Below, piece by piece: positions 20,200 to 30,755 of a stretch of 64,000 bases of DNA (positions are counted from its first letter, which is position 1; every line of letters starts with the position of its first letter). Source of the stretch: an uncultured Nitrospiraceae bacterium (GTDB lineage Bacteria; Nitrospirota; Nitrospiria; Nitrospirales; Nitrospiraceae); contig CAVPLT010000007.1 in the NCBI GenBank assembly GCA_963706325.1, forward strand, positions 768,001 through 832,000, read 5' to 3'. The notes below the pieces were generated by a model. That model did not search any database and was not told the DNA's origin. It saw only the letters and a program-made list of their open reading frames with translations. Made by a program: the position numbers and the translations under genes.

Positions 20200-23100
20200 A
20201 GACCCACCTCTTTCGCCGCGTGGTCTTTCACGCCAAATGTGATGTAAAATTCAGCCCCCCCTCCTTCGCGAGACGTCGCCCAGGCGCGTCCGCCATGTCG
20301 TTCCGCGACCTGGCGAACGATGGCCAACCCCGCTCCCGTTCCCTCCACTTCACGGCCGACCGCTCGTTTGAACAGATCGAAAATTCGCTCACGGTGTTCT
20401 GAAGCAATTCCCGGTCCGCGATCACGTATAACCAATCCCACGCATGTGGGACCTTGCGAATCGCTTTCGATATAAGACGCAATGTCAATCTCCGGAGGCT
20501 GACCAGGGCTCACGAATTTCAGCGCATTCGTCACAAGATTATAAATACCTTGGATGGCCCAGGTTCGATTCACACGGAGTCGCGGTAGAGGTGAATGGAT
20601 CGTAATGTGGGCCTGAGTCTCTTTCACGCGGCTCTCGAGTCTCCGTAACACTTCTTGCACGAGGAGCTCTGATTCAATATCCTCGGTTGGCGCTTCCATG
20701 CGTTGGGCGCGCGAAAGATTGAGAATGTCGGTCAGCAACTGGTCGAGCCGCTGAGTGGCGCGAATGATCCGCCGCAGAAAGTCTTGTCCCTTCTCATCCA
20801 GCCGATCGGCATAGCGCTCTTGAATGAGCACGGAAAAACTTTCGATTGCGCGCAGCGGTTCTTTGAGGTCGTGAGAGGTCACGTGCAAAAGAGTTTCCAG
20901 ATCCTTATTCTTCCTGAGAATGGTCTCTTCGAACCGCCTTCGTTGAGTAATATCACGATTGGTTTCCAGCACGAGATGGCGGCCGTTGGCCTTCAAGAGG
21001 CCCCATCGGGTTTCCACCAGCAAGTCTTGTCCCGCTTTGGTGCGATGATGCACTTCCCCCGTCCACTCACCCGTTGCTTCCAGGATGGCTCGGATTTCAG
21101 CGAATGGCGACGGAAACATCGTGTTGAGCAACTGGTAACTGGTGCGCCCGAGAGCCTCTGAGGCTGCATAGCCATACAGTTGCTCACAGCCCAGATTCCA
21201 CTGCGCGATTCCGCGTTCCATATCCCAGGCAAAAATAGGCTCCTGTGACAATTCCAATAACCGACGCTGTTGTTGCAGCATTTCTTCTGCCCGCTTCCTA
21301 GCGGTGATATCCCGTGCGATGGTAGACACGCCGATTACAGCGAGCCTGGAGTCTTTGATAGGGGAGATGGTCAGCGACACGTCGACATAGGTACCGTCTT
21401 TTCGCCTTCGAAGGGTTTCGATCTGCTGGACCTGTTTGCCCGCCTTGACATGTTCAATGATCATGAGTTCTTCATGTCGGCACTCGGCGGGGACCAGAAT
21501 CAGGATGGAGCGACCGATTGTTTCGTCGGCTGTATAGCCGAACATGCGTTCAGCGGCCGTATTCCAAGTGAGCACAATGCCGTCGAGAGATTTGCTGATG
21601 ATCGCGTCGGAGGAAGATTCGACAATCGCTCCCAAACGAGCCTGTGTGGCTTCCGCTTGCTTGCGATCGTCGATATCTGTATTCGCGCCTAACCATTTCA
21701 TGACACGTCCGTCCGTGCCGCGAATTGGGGTGACATGGGTGTGGAACCAGCGGTAGCTTCCATCAGTCCCACGAATACGGAATTCGAGCTCGAATGCTTG
21801 GTTCAGGCTCATCGCGGCTTGCCACCCTTCCGCCGTCATAGCCCGATCATCGGGATGAAGGTGTCGTATCCAGCCGCTGCCCAACTGTCTTTCTGCCGGG
21901 ATACCGGTATAGGTGACCCATTGTGGACTGAGATAGTCACAGCCTCCTTCCGCCGCGCAGGTCCAAATAAGCTGCGGCAAACCTTCGAGGAGGTCGCGGA
22001 AGCGGCCCTCGCTCGCCTTAAGCGCATCTTCTGCTTGTTTCCGTTGAGAAATATCGCGAAGAATGACGGTGAAGAGCTTCTGTCCCCGAGCGGGCACCTG
22101 TGAAATGGAAGCCTCAATTGGAAATTCTTCTCCATTCGCACGGAGGCCAGAGATGGTGCCGAGGGCGCCCATCCCGCGTTTTGTGACGGAGGTTTGCCAA
22201 AAGGCCGCAACATGATGGCTATGCGAGGCGCGAAAGCGGTCAGGAATGAGCAGGGTCACCGATTGGCCAATCGTCTCCTCGGCCCGACGTCCGAACATCG
22301 TCTCCGCCGCCCCATTGAAGTGGGTGACTTCCTGTCGGTCGTTAATCGTAATGATTGCGTCCATGGCGGAGTTGAAAATGCCGCTGAGGAGTTCTTCGCT
22401 GTCACGTACCGCGGCAAGCGCTTCCTTGTATTCTGTGATATCAATACAAGAGCCGATGAAGCCGACGAACCGATTGTCCCCTTCCAGGCGTGGGACGCCG
22501 TGGTCCAGAAGCCACCGCCACTCTCCGTCATGCCGTCGCAAGCGATATTGCATCTTAAATTCACGTTTGGCATCAAAGGCGCTTTCATAGACCCGGAGGC
22601 AATAGTCAACGTCGTCGGGATGGACATTTTCGGCCCATCCGTTTCCCCGTTCCTGTTCCAGAGTGCGGCCGACGAATGTTAACCAGGGATTGTTGAACCA
22701 GACGTATCCCTTAGACAGGTCGCTGACCCAAATCAACACGGGGGCATTGTCTGCCATCAACTGAAAGCGAGCCTCGGTTGATTTTACGGCCGCCTGGGCA
22801 TTGCGAGTGGCGATCAGCTCCTGCTCCAGCCGCTGGTTCGAGACTCGAAGCTCCTCAGTTCGATCCTTGACATCAGATTCGAGCCTCTCGTGACTCATGC
22901 GAAGCAAGTCATCCGCCCGTTTACGGTCGGTGATATCCACAAGTGTAGCGCGGCTGGATACAAATTGGCCTTCCGCATCCGAGACGGCAGTGGCACTGAG
23001 GATCACGGGAAATTGCGCGCCGTTTTTCTTGACGATGTCAAACTCTAAGCCGTTGACGTGGCCTTGCTTCATAACGATGGCGAACTGTTCTTTAAAGCGC

Positions 23101-23714
23101 TCCACCCTATCCAGGGCTATCAGCTCAATAAAATGCTTCCGTCCTATGAGTTCCTGTGCCGTGTATCCGAGCCAGTCGAGTTCAGTCTGATTCATCGCAA
23201 TAATAAGGCCCTCAGGATCGAGAGAATGATAGCCGCAGGGCGCATTGTCATAGAGGTCTTGCAAGTCCTCAGCATTCTTCGCCAATAAGCGTTCCCGAAG
23301 TTTGAGGGCCTCATGCTCTACTTCCAGCCTCGTAGCCTTGATCAGGTCGTGCGTCATGCGCTTCTGTTGGACGATCGCGTAGGCTATGATCGAAAATATG
23401 ACAATGCCGACTACGCGATTAAGGAGCGGAATCCACGGCGGCACTTCGACCAAGTTCGGGGAAATGAAATATGCGAGAAAGGTCATCCCGGCGCAGCAAC
23501 CGGCCAGGGTTGACGGAGCCCAGAAATAGGGCATCTGATGCGTGAGGATCAGTGGAATCAGGTACAGTACCCAAACGGGAATTCCGCGAGGAGTGAGGCT
23601 ATCGAGGATAAAAACCAGCCCTGCCAGGAGACCGGCCAGAGCGACGGATGCCAATCCGTAATCAGGGAGAAGAGTCGTTCCCTCCCGAGGCGCGGAAGGA
23701 CAAGCTGTCGTCAT
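20196..23714 (-). CDS. Membrane-anchored multi-PAS (about six) sensor histidine kinase
   Basis: About four N-terminal TM helices, six PAS/PAC repeats each ending DI[TSD].R/K-like, HisKA SHDLKEPLR, NLVTNALKF, DRGPGI, GTGAGL. ATGA overlap with the response regulator. Confidence 0.93.
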   Translation of the reverse strand: MTTACPSAPREGTTLLPDYGLASVALAGLLAGLVFILDSLTPRGIPVWVLYLIPLILTHQMPYFWAPSTLAGCCAGMTFLAYFISPNLVEVPPWIPLLNRVVGIVIFSIIAYAIVQQKRMTHDLIKATRLEVEHEALKLRERLLAKNAEDLQDLYDNAPCGYHSLDPEGLIIAMNQTELDWLGYTAQELIGRKHFIELIALDRVERFKEQFAIVMKQGHVNGLEFDIVKKNGAQFPVILSATAVSDAEGQFVSSRATLVDITDRKRADDLLRMSHERLESDVKDRTEELRVSNQRLEQELIATRNAQAAVKSTEARFQLMADNAPVLIWVSDLSKGYVWFNNPWLTFVGRTLEQERGNGWAENVHPDDVDYCLRVYESAFDAKREFKMQYRLRRHDGEWRWLLDHGVPRLEGDNRFVGFIGSCIDITEYKEALAAVRDSEELLSGIFNSAMDAIITINDRQEVTHFNGAAETMFGRRAEETIGQSVTLLIPDRFRASHSHHVAAFWQTSVTKRGMGALGTISGLRANGEEFPIEASISQVPARGQKLFTVILRDISQRKQAEDALKASEGRFRDLLEGLPQLIWTCAAEGGCDYLSPQWVTYTGIPAERQLGSGWIRHLHPDDRAMTAEGWQAAMSLNQAFELEFRIRGTDGSYRWFHTHVTPIRGTDGRVMKWLGANTDIDDRKQAEATQARLGAIVESSSDAIISKSLDGIVLTWNTAAERMFGYTADETIGRSILILVPAECRHEELMIIEHVKAGKQVQQIETLRRRKDGTYVDVSLTISPIKDSRLAVIGVSTIARDITARKRAEEMLQQQRRLLELSQEPIFAWDMERGIAQWNLGCEQLYGYAASEALGRTSYQLLNTMFPSPFAEIRAILEATGEWTGEVHHRTKAGQDLLVETRWGLLKANGRHLVLETNRDITQRRRFEETILRKNKDLETLLHVTSHDLKEPLRAIESFSVLIQERYADRLDEKGQDFLRRIIRATQRLDQLLTDILNLSRAQRMEAPTEDIESELLVQEVLRRLESRVKETQAHITIHSPLPRLRVNRTWAIQGIYNLVTNALKFVSPGQPPEIDIASYIESDSQGPTCVGLVIRDRGPGIASEHRERIFDLFKRAVGREVEGTGAGLAIVRQVAERHGGRAWATSREGGGAEFYITFGVKDHAAKEVGL

Positions 23715-23921
23715 AGAGCTCCTGTTTTGAGGGCCGATCGGATGGTCGAAGGACGACCCGAATAAACCGTACTATAAGGTAGAAATACTATGAAGAAATC
23801 TTTGTGTTTTGAGCAGCTGGGATCTTACCTAGGGTAATCCCTAGGGGGCTGCTAAGCGTGATGTATCATTGCCTCGCCGACGACCAGGTATAGCCGGTCT
23901 TGTTCAAGGTTGGTCAGGAAT

Positions 23922-25334
23922 TCATTCGATCGTGGAAGCGGTCATATTCAAAACGGTCGCGGCGGCTTTCGATAACGCAGCGTCTTGCTCGTGATCGAGT
24001 GCATACACACGAAATTGGATCAGGCGGGTGGGAAGCAAGTCCAACAATTCTTCCAGCGGCTCCGGCGACAGACGCTGAGTGCTGGGATCGTAGACCAAAA
24101 GAGGAATGCCTCGTGTATCCTTTGGGTCCGGACGCGGATCGAGCAAAGCCATATCGACTCGGAAGGGCAAGGACTGTAACGTTGCCGGCAGGGCTTCTTG
24201 TATGAGTTCGCGGAACTGTTCCTGGCTAGGGAAATCCATTCCTCGCTCAATCCCCTTTTCCTTGAGCACCGTGCTATAGGCCATCTTCCATTTCACATCA
24301 CGGCCGAGAATATGCGCCCACTCGTGATGCAGGCGACGCAGGTTGCTCCGTCCTGCTGTCTTCCATCGTCGAACATCCTCCAGCAAAGACCAGTCTGTCA
24401 GGGTCAGATACTCATCCATGTGTGTGGCGGGGTTGGAAGGGAACAGCAGCTTCATGGTGTCGCCGAAGATGTCGCGTAGGTGAATGTCAATGGCTCGAGT
24501 CGTGCGGTGATAATACACATTGGAGTAAAGATACATTCTCGTGTTCAGGAACATATGCAAGGCCGGTAGGCCCGTCTTATGAATCGTAAAACCCTTCTCG
24601 GTGATGATGCTGTAGTGAATCAAGCGGGTCAAATCGACCGGGCCCACCGCGACACCGCACATGTAGGCATCGCGCAGGACGTAGTCCAGATTGTCGGCGG
24701 TGTAGCTGCCTGAAATCACTGGTTGGAGGAAGTTGATCCAGCGCGGAATCCTGGAGTTGTCTTTGCCCTTCTCCTTTAGGATCACATGCGCGATCAGATC
24801 CGGGTTCAGTTCTTCGCCTCGCTCGAACGGACCGGACGGACTCCGGCGGATTTTTTTGATGAGTGGCCCAAGATGTTCGCGCACAATAATTTGGCCAAGT
24901 TTTTCATGCGAGAGACCAAACCCGTGCAGGTAATTGTCGTCGAAGAAATGACAAAAAGGCCCATGCCCGATGTCATGCACCAGCGCCGTGATTCTCAGGA
25001 ATTCTTCGACAAAGGCCGCCGAGGGAACGTTGGGCACGGCCTTTTGCAAGAAGGGATAGAGATGGCGCGCAAACCGGCCGGCCACGTGCATCGTGCCGAG
25101 CGAGTGCACAAAGCGCGTGTGTTCTGCCGAGGGATAGACCCATCGGGCGCTCTGCAATTGATAGATATAACGCAGCCGCTGGACCCAAGGAGAATCAATC
25201 AGATCTTTTTCAGTGCGCTCTTCGGGATCCAGTGTCGCATAAGGAACCGTGAAGGAGACGTATTCATGGATGGGATCAGCAATAAGGGCCGATCCATCAT
25301 GGGGCGCCGGAGGATTTGCGGAGGGTAATTTCAT
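23922..25334 (-). CDS. HD-domain phosphohydrolase, SAMHD1/dNTP-triphosphohydrolase-like
   Basis: DPIH, IDSPWVQRLR.I.QL, YPSA.HTRF.HSLG, LVHDIGHGPFCH, ADNLDYVLRD, VYYH. Confidence 0.88.
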   Translation of the reverse strand: MKLPSANPPAPHDGSALIADPIHEYVSFTVPYATLDPEERTEKDLIDSPWVQRLRYIYQLQSARWVYPSAEHTRFVHSLGTMHVAGRFARHLYPFLQKAVPNVPSAAFVEEFLRITALVHDIGHGPFCHFFDDNYLHGFGLSHEKLGQIIVREHLGPLIKKIRRSPSGPFERGEELNPDLIAHVILKEKGKDNSRIPRWINFLQPVISGSYTADNLDYVLRDAYMCGVAVGPVDLTRLIHYSIITEKGFTIHKTGLPALHMFLNTRMYLYSNVYYHRTTRAIDIHLRDIFGDTMKLLFPSNPATHMDEYLTLTDWSLLEDVRRWKTAGRSNLRRLHHEWAHILGRDVKWKMAYSTVLKEKGIERGMDFPSQEQFRELIQEALPATLQSLPFRVDMALLDPRPDPKDTRGIPLLVYDPSTQRLSPEPLEELLDLLPTRLIQFRVYALDHEQDAALSKAAATVLNMTASTIE

Positions 25335-25357
25335 GCGACGATTGTGATGAACGAATC

Positions 25358-25837
25358 TTAGCGCAGGCTTGGCGGAGGGGGCAATGGTTCATGTCCTTCG
25401 GTTGGCTTGCTCTGACGATACTTGGAAATTAAAGCGTACGCGAGCGGATAAGCCAGGAGACCGCCGACCATACTCAAGACCATTCCGCCCACGAAGAACG
25501 GCCAGGCATAGGGCATCACTTGATGATAGATTCCCGTGAAGGTCAGGTCGCTCCAATCGAAGGCGGGAAAGTCATGGATGCCCAGTAATGTGGCTCCGGT
25601 CCAATAGGTTCCTCCGAGAACGGGGATAAGGGTCCAAGGATTGTTCAGAAACGCGCCGGCCAGCAGTGCGATCAGATTTAATCCGAACGCCCAGGCGCAA
25701 AACCCCACCATCAGCATGTGGAGGCCGTATGCCGGAGAAAAGCCGATGACCACGCCGACGGCGAAGGCCAAAGCGGTGCGGTGTGGCGTTTCTCGAAGAT
25801 GAAGAATTTGTCGGAACAGCGAACGAACATCTGCCAT
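25358..25837 (-). CDS. DUF2062 family membrane protein
   Basis: TPHRTALAFAVGV.IG.SP..G.H, G....NPWT..P, hydrophobic C-terminal helix. Confidence 0.82.
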   Translation of the reverse strand: MADVRSLFRQILHLRETPHRTALAFAVGVVIGFSPAYGLHMLMVGFCAWAFGLNLIALLAGAFLNNPWTLIPVLGGTYWTGATLLGIHDFPAFDWSDLTFTGIYHQVMPYAWPFFVGGMVLSMVGGLLAYPLAYALISKYRQSKPTEGHEPLPPPPSLR

Positions 25838-25856
25838 AAGCGGATCTGTTCCAGGT

Positions 25857-26909
25857 CTAGGAAGACGGCCTGAGAAAGTGTTCGTAACTCGTGTTCGAAA
25901 GGGCCGTAGCAGTACCGTCGGCTTGCCGGACTCGAAGGCCGAGACGTTGTGGCGTAATCGAGCCGATACAGGTGAAACGAAACGCGGTTCTGGCCCTCAA
26001 CCGCTCGAAGCGTGGTCGTTGACTGAGGGGAACTGTGAACAGCAACTCGTAATCTTCTCCCCCTTGTAAGGCAAGGTGCGGTGCATCGAGATGATAGGTC
26101 TTGGCATAGGCTCGACAGGCCGGCGAGAGGGGGAGCGAAGTTTCGACGATGTCCGCGCCGACGTTGCTCTCTTCGCAGAGATGCCAAAGATCGCCGCTCA
26201 GGCCGTCGGAGACATCAATGGCGGCGGTGGCGAGGCCGTGCTTGACGAGCCACTGACCTTCGGCAACGCGGGCGGAAGGCCGCTGGTGCCGAGCCAGCAG
26301 AAACCGGCAGTGCGTCGGCTTCAAGGTCGCATGACGCGATTGCGCAGAATGCATGAGGAGTCCGAGGCCGGCATGAGAATCGCCCAACGTCCCGGTCACA
26401 AAGAGGGAATCGCCGATGCGGGCACCGCTCCGGAGCAAGGCCTGACCGGGTTTGACGATTCCGGTGAGTGTGATGCTGAGAAATAGTCCGCGTTGAGAGG
26501 CAGAGGTGTCTCCCCCGACGAGCGACAGGCGATAGGGCCGCCCCGCTTGCATCATGCCGCGGTAGAGTCGTTGAATCTGTCTTGTCGAGCAGGTCGGCGG
26601 AATAGCGATCGCGACGAGCATGAAACGGGGAGTGCCGCCCATGGCTGCGATATCACTCAGGTTCGCGATGGCGGCACGATACCCGATATCTTCGAAGGAG
26701 GACAGGGCAGGATCGAAGTGAATTCCCTCAGTCAGAAGATCGGTCGTGATGAGCGTCCACTCTGAGGTCGAGGTTTTGAGGATGGCGGTGTCGTCGCCGA
26801 TCCCTTTGAATACCTGACGGTCCGGCCTTGCCGCCTGAGCCTGCAGGCTTCGGATCAGCCCAAATTCATTGCTGACAGGGCTGGTCCGACGAGATCGGCC
26901 GGATGGCAT
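25857..26909 (-). CDS. thiL: Thiamine-monophosphate kinase
   Basis: EFGLI, GIGDDTA, TD.L.EG.HF, NLSDIAAMGG.P, GGDT, DVSDGL..DL, GGEDYELLFT, YEHF. ATG 26909 directly follows the lon stop. Confidence 0.95.
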   Translation of the reverse strand: MPSGRSRRTSPVSNEFGLIRSLQAQAARPDRQVFKGIGDDTAILKTSTSEWTLITTDLLTEGIHFDPALSSFEDIGYRAAIANLSDIAAMGGTPRFMLVAIAIPPTCSTRQIQRLYRGMMQAGRPYRLSLVGGDTSASQRGLFLSITLTGIVKPGQALLRSGARIGDSLFVTGTLGDSHAGLGLLMHSAQSRHATLKPTHCRFLLARHQRPSARVAEGQWLVKHGLATAAIDVSDGLSGDLWHLCEESNVGADIVETSLPLSPACRAYAKTYHLDAPHLALQGGEDYELLFTVPLSQRPRFERLRARTAFRFTCIGSITPQRLGLRVRQADGTATALSNTSYEHFLRPSS

Positions 26910-26910
26910 G

Positions 26911-29406
26911 TTAGAGGGAAAGCGCCTGGGAGGCCGCGGGAAGATGAAGGCTTCTTCGCGGTGATGCGGCCGCCCGCTTGGACAAGGGAACTCGTCTGCC
27001 CTTTTTTTGCGGAGGTTTCGGTGCGGCTGCGCGCGGCTTGGACGATGAGGGGCGACGTAAGGCCGCCTTGATAACGTCGTCCACTGTATCGACAAAGATC
27101 AGCTCAATGCCTTTGAGCAGATGTTTAGGGATTTCCTCGAGATCCTTTTTGTTCCGTTTCGGGAGAACGACGGTCGCGAGTTTGGCTCGTTTTGCGGCGA
27201 GAATTTTTTCCTTCAGTCCACCGATAGGCAAGACCCGTCCGCGCAATGTGATTTCACCGGTCATTGCGAGATCTCGGCGCACAGGAATCTGTGCCAGCGC
27301 CGAAGCGATCGCCGTGGCCATGGTGATGCCGGCAGAGGGGCCGTCCTTAGGCGTTGCACCGGCCGGCACATGGATGTGAATGTCGTTCTTGGCAAAGATG
27401 TCGGGGTTGATCCCCAGCGTTTTCTCTCGTGAACGCACATAGCTGAGCGCCGCCTGCGCCGATTCTTTCATGACATCGCCGAGATGACCGGTGAGGGTCA
27501 GTTGACCTTTGCCTTTCATCACCGTGGCTTCGATGTACAACACATCGCCGCCGCTTTCGGTCCATGCCAGTCCGGTGGCCACGCCGACCTCGTCTTTCTC
27601 GAGTTCCGCCTCGGGGACGAATTTTGCCACTCCCAAAAACTTGTTCAGGTTGCTCTGGTCGATGATGTGGCACTGCGTTTTGCCTTCGGCGACCTTCTTA
27701 GCCACTTTCCGCATGAGGTTAGCGATCTCACGTTCGAGATTACGGACACCGGCCTCGCGCGTGTAATGCGAGATAATGTGGCGAATCGTCGCCTCTTGGA
27801 CGCGTATGTGTTTCTCGGTGATGCCGTGTTCGTTCATCTGCCGTGGGAACAGGTATTTCTGCGCGATGCCGAGTTTTTCTTCCTCTGTGTAGCCAGGAAT
27901 GTCAATGACTTCCATACGATCCCGCAGCGCCGGCAGGATGGGGTCCATGAGGTTTGCCGTAGTGACAAACATGACCTCCGTCAAATCGAAAGGCACTCCG
28001 AGATAGTGGTCGGTGAACGTGCTGTTTTGTTCCGGATCCAACACTTCCAGCAAGGCGGCCGAGGGATCACCACGAAAATCCATGCCGACTTTGTCGACTT
28101 CGTCGAGCATGAAGACGGGATTGCTCGTACCGGCCTGCTTCATGCCCTGTATAATACGTCCCGGTAGCGCGCCGACATAGGTCCGGCGGTGTCCGCGGAT
28201 TTCTGCCTCGTCCCGCACGCCGCCCAAACTAATGCGGACGAACTCGCGGCCCAATGCGCGGGCGATGGATTTGCCCAGCGATGTTTTACCGACGCCCGGG
28301 GGGCCCACGAAGCAGAGGATCGGGCCTTTCATTTTCTCTTTCAGCTTGCGCACGGCGAGATATTCGACGATGCGTTCTTTCACCTTTTCCAAATCGTAAT
28401 GGTCCTCGTTCAGGACCTTCATCGCAGCCTTCAAGTCGAGGTTGTCCTTCGACTTCTTATTCCACGGTAATTCAACCATCCACTCCAGGTAGGTTCGGAC
28501 CGTGGCCGACTCCGCCGTGTCCGGGTGCATTTTTTCCAGCCGCTTCAGCTGCTTTTCTGTTTCCTTCAGCACCTTGTCGGGCATCTTGGCGTCTTTGATG
28601 CGTTTGCGGAAATCCGCAACTTCCTCCGCGCGCTCGTCCAACTCGCCGAGTTCCTTCTGAATCGCTTTCAGCTGCTCGCGCAGAAAGTACTCGCGTTGGG
28701 TCTTGTCCATTTCCCCCTTGGCTTGGGCCTGAATTTTCTGTTGCATGGAGAGGACATCGATTTCCTTCGCGAGAATCTCACTGATCTGCCTCAGCCGTTG
28801 AATGGGCTCAACAATTTCCAAGACGGCTTGCGTGATATCGACCTTCAGCCCAAGATTAGAGGCAACCATGTCGGCCAGCCGACCCGGGTCTTCCAGATTT
28901 TCAATCACGACCATGACGTCCGGGATCAACACCTTGCCGAGGCTTACGATCTTCTCGATCTGTTCCTTCACGGTACGCATGACGGCTTCTGTTTCGAGCG
29001 AGGAACCGGGCTGCTTTACCTCGACCAGCTTTTCGATCCGGACGGAATAATAGGGGTCGTTCTGGATGTATTCCTCGATGCGCCCCTTCGCGAGCCCCTG
29101 CACCAGAATCTTGATGCGCTCGTCGGGCAACTTGAGCATTCGCATGATGATGCCCACGGTACCGACCGCGTGGATGTCGTCCGGTTGCGGGTTCTCCACA
29201 TCCAGGGATTTTTGAGTCGCGAGGAAGAGCATGCGATTGCCCGCGAGCGCGGCCTCGATCGCCTTGATCGACATTTCGCGTCCGACGAACAGCGGGAGCA
29301 CCATATAGGGGAAGACGACGATATCTCGCACGGGCAGCAAGGGCAATTGGTCCGGCGGCTCGAGATTCTGATTGCTTGAGAAATCTTGTTCTACTGCTTC
29401 AGCCAT
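26911..29406 (-). CDS. lon: ATP-dependent Lon protease
   Basis: [74 protein letters not shown]. Start ATG 29406. Confidence 0.97.
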   Translation of the reverse strand: MAEAVEQDFSSNQNLEPPDQLPLLPVRDIVVFPYMVLPLFVGREMSIKAIEAALAGNRMLFLATQKSLDVENPQPDDIHAVGTVGIIMRMLKLPDERIKILVQGLAKGRIEEYIQNDPYYSVRIEKLVEVKQPGSSLETEAVMRTVKEQIEKIVSLGKVLIPDVMVVIENLEDPGRLADMVASNLGLKVDITQAVLEIVEPIQRLRQISEILAKEIDVLSMQQKIQAQAKGEMDKTQREYFLREQLKAIQKELGELDERAEEVADFRKRIKDAKMPDKVLKETEKQLKRLEKMHPDTAESATVRTYLEWMVELPWNKKSKDNLDLKAAMKVLNEDHYDLEKVKERIVEYLAVRKLKEKMKGPILCFVGPPGVGKTSLGKSIARALGREFVRISLGGVRDEAEIRGHRRTYVGALPGRIIQGMKQAGTSNPVFMLDEVDKVGMDFRGDPSAALLEVLDPEQNSTFTDHYLGVPFDLTEVMFVTTANLMDPILPALRDRMEVIDIPGYTEEEKLGIAQKYLFPRQMNEHGITEKHIRVQEATIRHIISHYTREAGVRNLEREIANLMRKVAKKVAEGKTQCHIIDQSNLNKFLGVAKFVPEAELEKDEVGVATGLAWTESGGDVLYIEATVMKGKGQLTLTGHLGDVMKESAQAALSYVRSREKTLGINPDIFAKNDIHIHVPAGATPKDGPSAGITMATAIASALAQIPVRRDLAMTGEITLRGRVLPIGGLKEKILAAKRAKLATVVLPKRNKKDLEEIPKHLLKGIELIFVDTVDDVIKAALRRPSSSKPRAAAPKPPQKKGRRVPLSKRAAASPRRSLHLPAASQALSL

Positions 29407-29494
29407 GAGGCTCCAGTCTACTGAGTGTGTAATCTGAGTGACGATGTCGTGCTGTGGCACGGGTTGGGCAACGGTACCCCGTCATGCCCAAGGA

Positions 29495-30436
29495 TTAGCT
29501 GGTGGCGCGTGTCCGACCTGGGCTGGAACGTCCGGTGCCGCGACGACGCGCGTCGGTGGCGGCCGGTTGAAGACGCTGTTGCAGAAATTCGGCGAACGCA
29601 GGTCCCAGGGACGGATTCTTCAAAGCCAATTCGACAGTGGCAATAAGGAAGCCGAGTTTATCGCCTGCATCATGCCGTTGCCCTTGGATTTCATGGGCAA
29701 ACATCGGGGTATGTCGGACGAGTTGCCGCAGGGCATCAGTCAACTGAATTTCTCCGTTCTTACCCGGCGGAGTTTTGCGCAGGATCGGGAAAATTTCCGG
29801 CGGCAAGACATAGCGCCCGATAACCGCAAGATTCGAGGGCGCATCGGCGGGCGCCGGCTTTTCAACCAGATCGTCGACCCGATGCAGTCCCTTGCCTAGG
29901 CGGCGCGCGGAGATGATGCCGTAACGGCTCACCTCTTGCGGCGGAACTTCCTGCACCCCCAAGACGGCACCTTTGCGTTGTTTGAAAATATGGATGAGCT
30001 GGGCGAGACCGGGGACTGCCGCGTCGATGATTTCATCGCCCAAGATTACCGCGAATGGCTCATCGCCGATCAGATGTTGGGCGCACAAGACGGCGTGACC
30101 CAATCCCATGGCTTCCGGTTGACGAACGTAACAGAAGTTCGCCAAATTTGAAATGTGTCGCATTTGGTTCAGGACTTGGCCTTTACCGCTGCCCTTGAGA
30201 TTTTCTTCGAGTTCCAATGAACGGTCGAAATGATCTTCAATCGCGCGCTTCCCGCGGCCGGTGATGACAATAATATCTTCGATCCCGGAGGCGACCGCTT
30301 CTTCGACGACATATTGAATCAACGGTTTGTCGACCAGCGGCAGCATCTCTTTTGGGGAGGCCTTCGTGGCGGGAAGAAAGCGCGTACCCAGTCCGGCAGC
30401 GGGAATAATGGCTTTACGTACGTCTGTTCGAGTCAT
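29495..30436 (-). CDS. galU: UTP-glucose-1-phosphate uridylyltransferase
   Basis: RKAIIPAAGLGTRFLPATKASPKEMLP, IEDHFD, GLGHAVL, VEKP, GEIQLTDA. Start ATG 30436. Confidence 0.96.
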   Translation of the reverse strand: MTRTDVRKAIIPAAGLGTRFLPATKASPKEMLPLVDKPLIQYVVEEAVASGIEDIIVITGRGKRAIEDHFDRSLELEENLKGSGKGQVLNQMRHISNLANFCYVRQPEAMGLGHAVLCAQHLIGDEPFAVILGDEIIDAAVPGLAQLIHIFKQRKGAVLGVQEVPPQEVSRYGIISARRLGKGLHRVDDLVEKPAPADAPSNLAVIGRYVLPPEIFPILRKTPPGKNGEIQLTDALRQLVRHTPMFAHEIQGQRHDAGDKLGFLIATVELALKNPSLGPAFAEFLQQRLQPAATDARRRGTGRSSPGRTRATS

Positions 30437-30443
30437 AGGGGCG

Positions 30444-30472
30444 ATAGTATGTGATGGGGTAGGTGAAGTCAA
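30444..30472 (-). promoter_or_regulatory. Putative sigma70 promoter of galU (probably leaderless)
   Basis: Minus strand TTGACT (30472-30467), 17 nt spacer, TACTAT (30449-30444), 7 nt before the galU ATG. Confidence 0.6.
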
Positions 30473-30527
30473 GATTTCGTCGGGTCTTTTCGGCCGTCGT
30501 CGGCGCGCTGCTCTGCCGGGAAACTCC

Positions 30528-30556
30528 TTTACATTGAAAAATGTGATCAATATAAT
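30528..30556 (+). promoter_or_regulatory. Putative sigma70 promoter of the bamA-lipid A operon
   Basis: TTTACA (30528-30533), 17 nt spacer, TATAAT (30551-30556); near consensus. Confidence 0.7.
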
Positions 30557-30755
30557 CCGAGAGTTTTCCTGCAAAAAGTACGGTCGTGCTGCAACGAAAG
30601 CGGCGCATCGGTGACTCTAATAGTGACAGTTCGTGAGTGTCAGCTCGGGACCGATCGGCCCTGTGCAAGGAACGCCACATCTAGCGTGACGGTGTCCTCT
30701 CTTGCGGTTTCGTATGACCAGTGCTTGCATCCCCAAGTGCTGCAGAAGGATTGCG

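Noticed and set aside
17326..23714. Signalling cassette as a mobile element or genomic island
   Set aside because: No integrase, transposase, tRNA or paired terminal repeats were found, so it is only possibly accessory.
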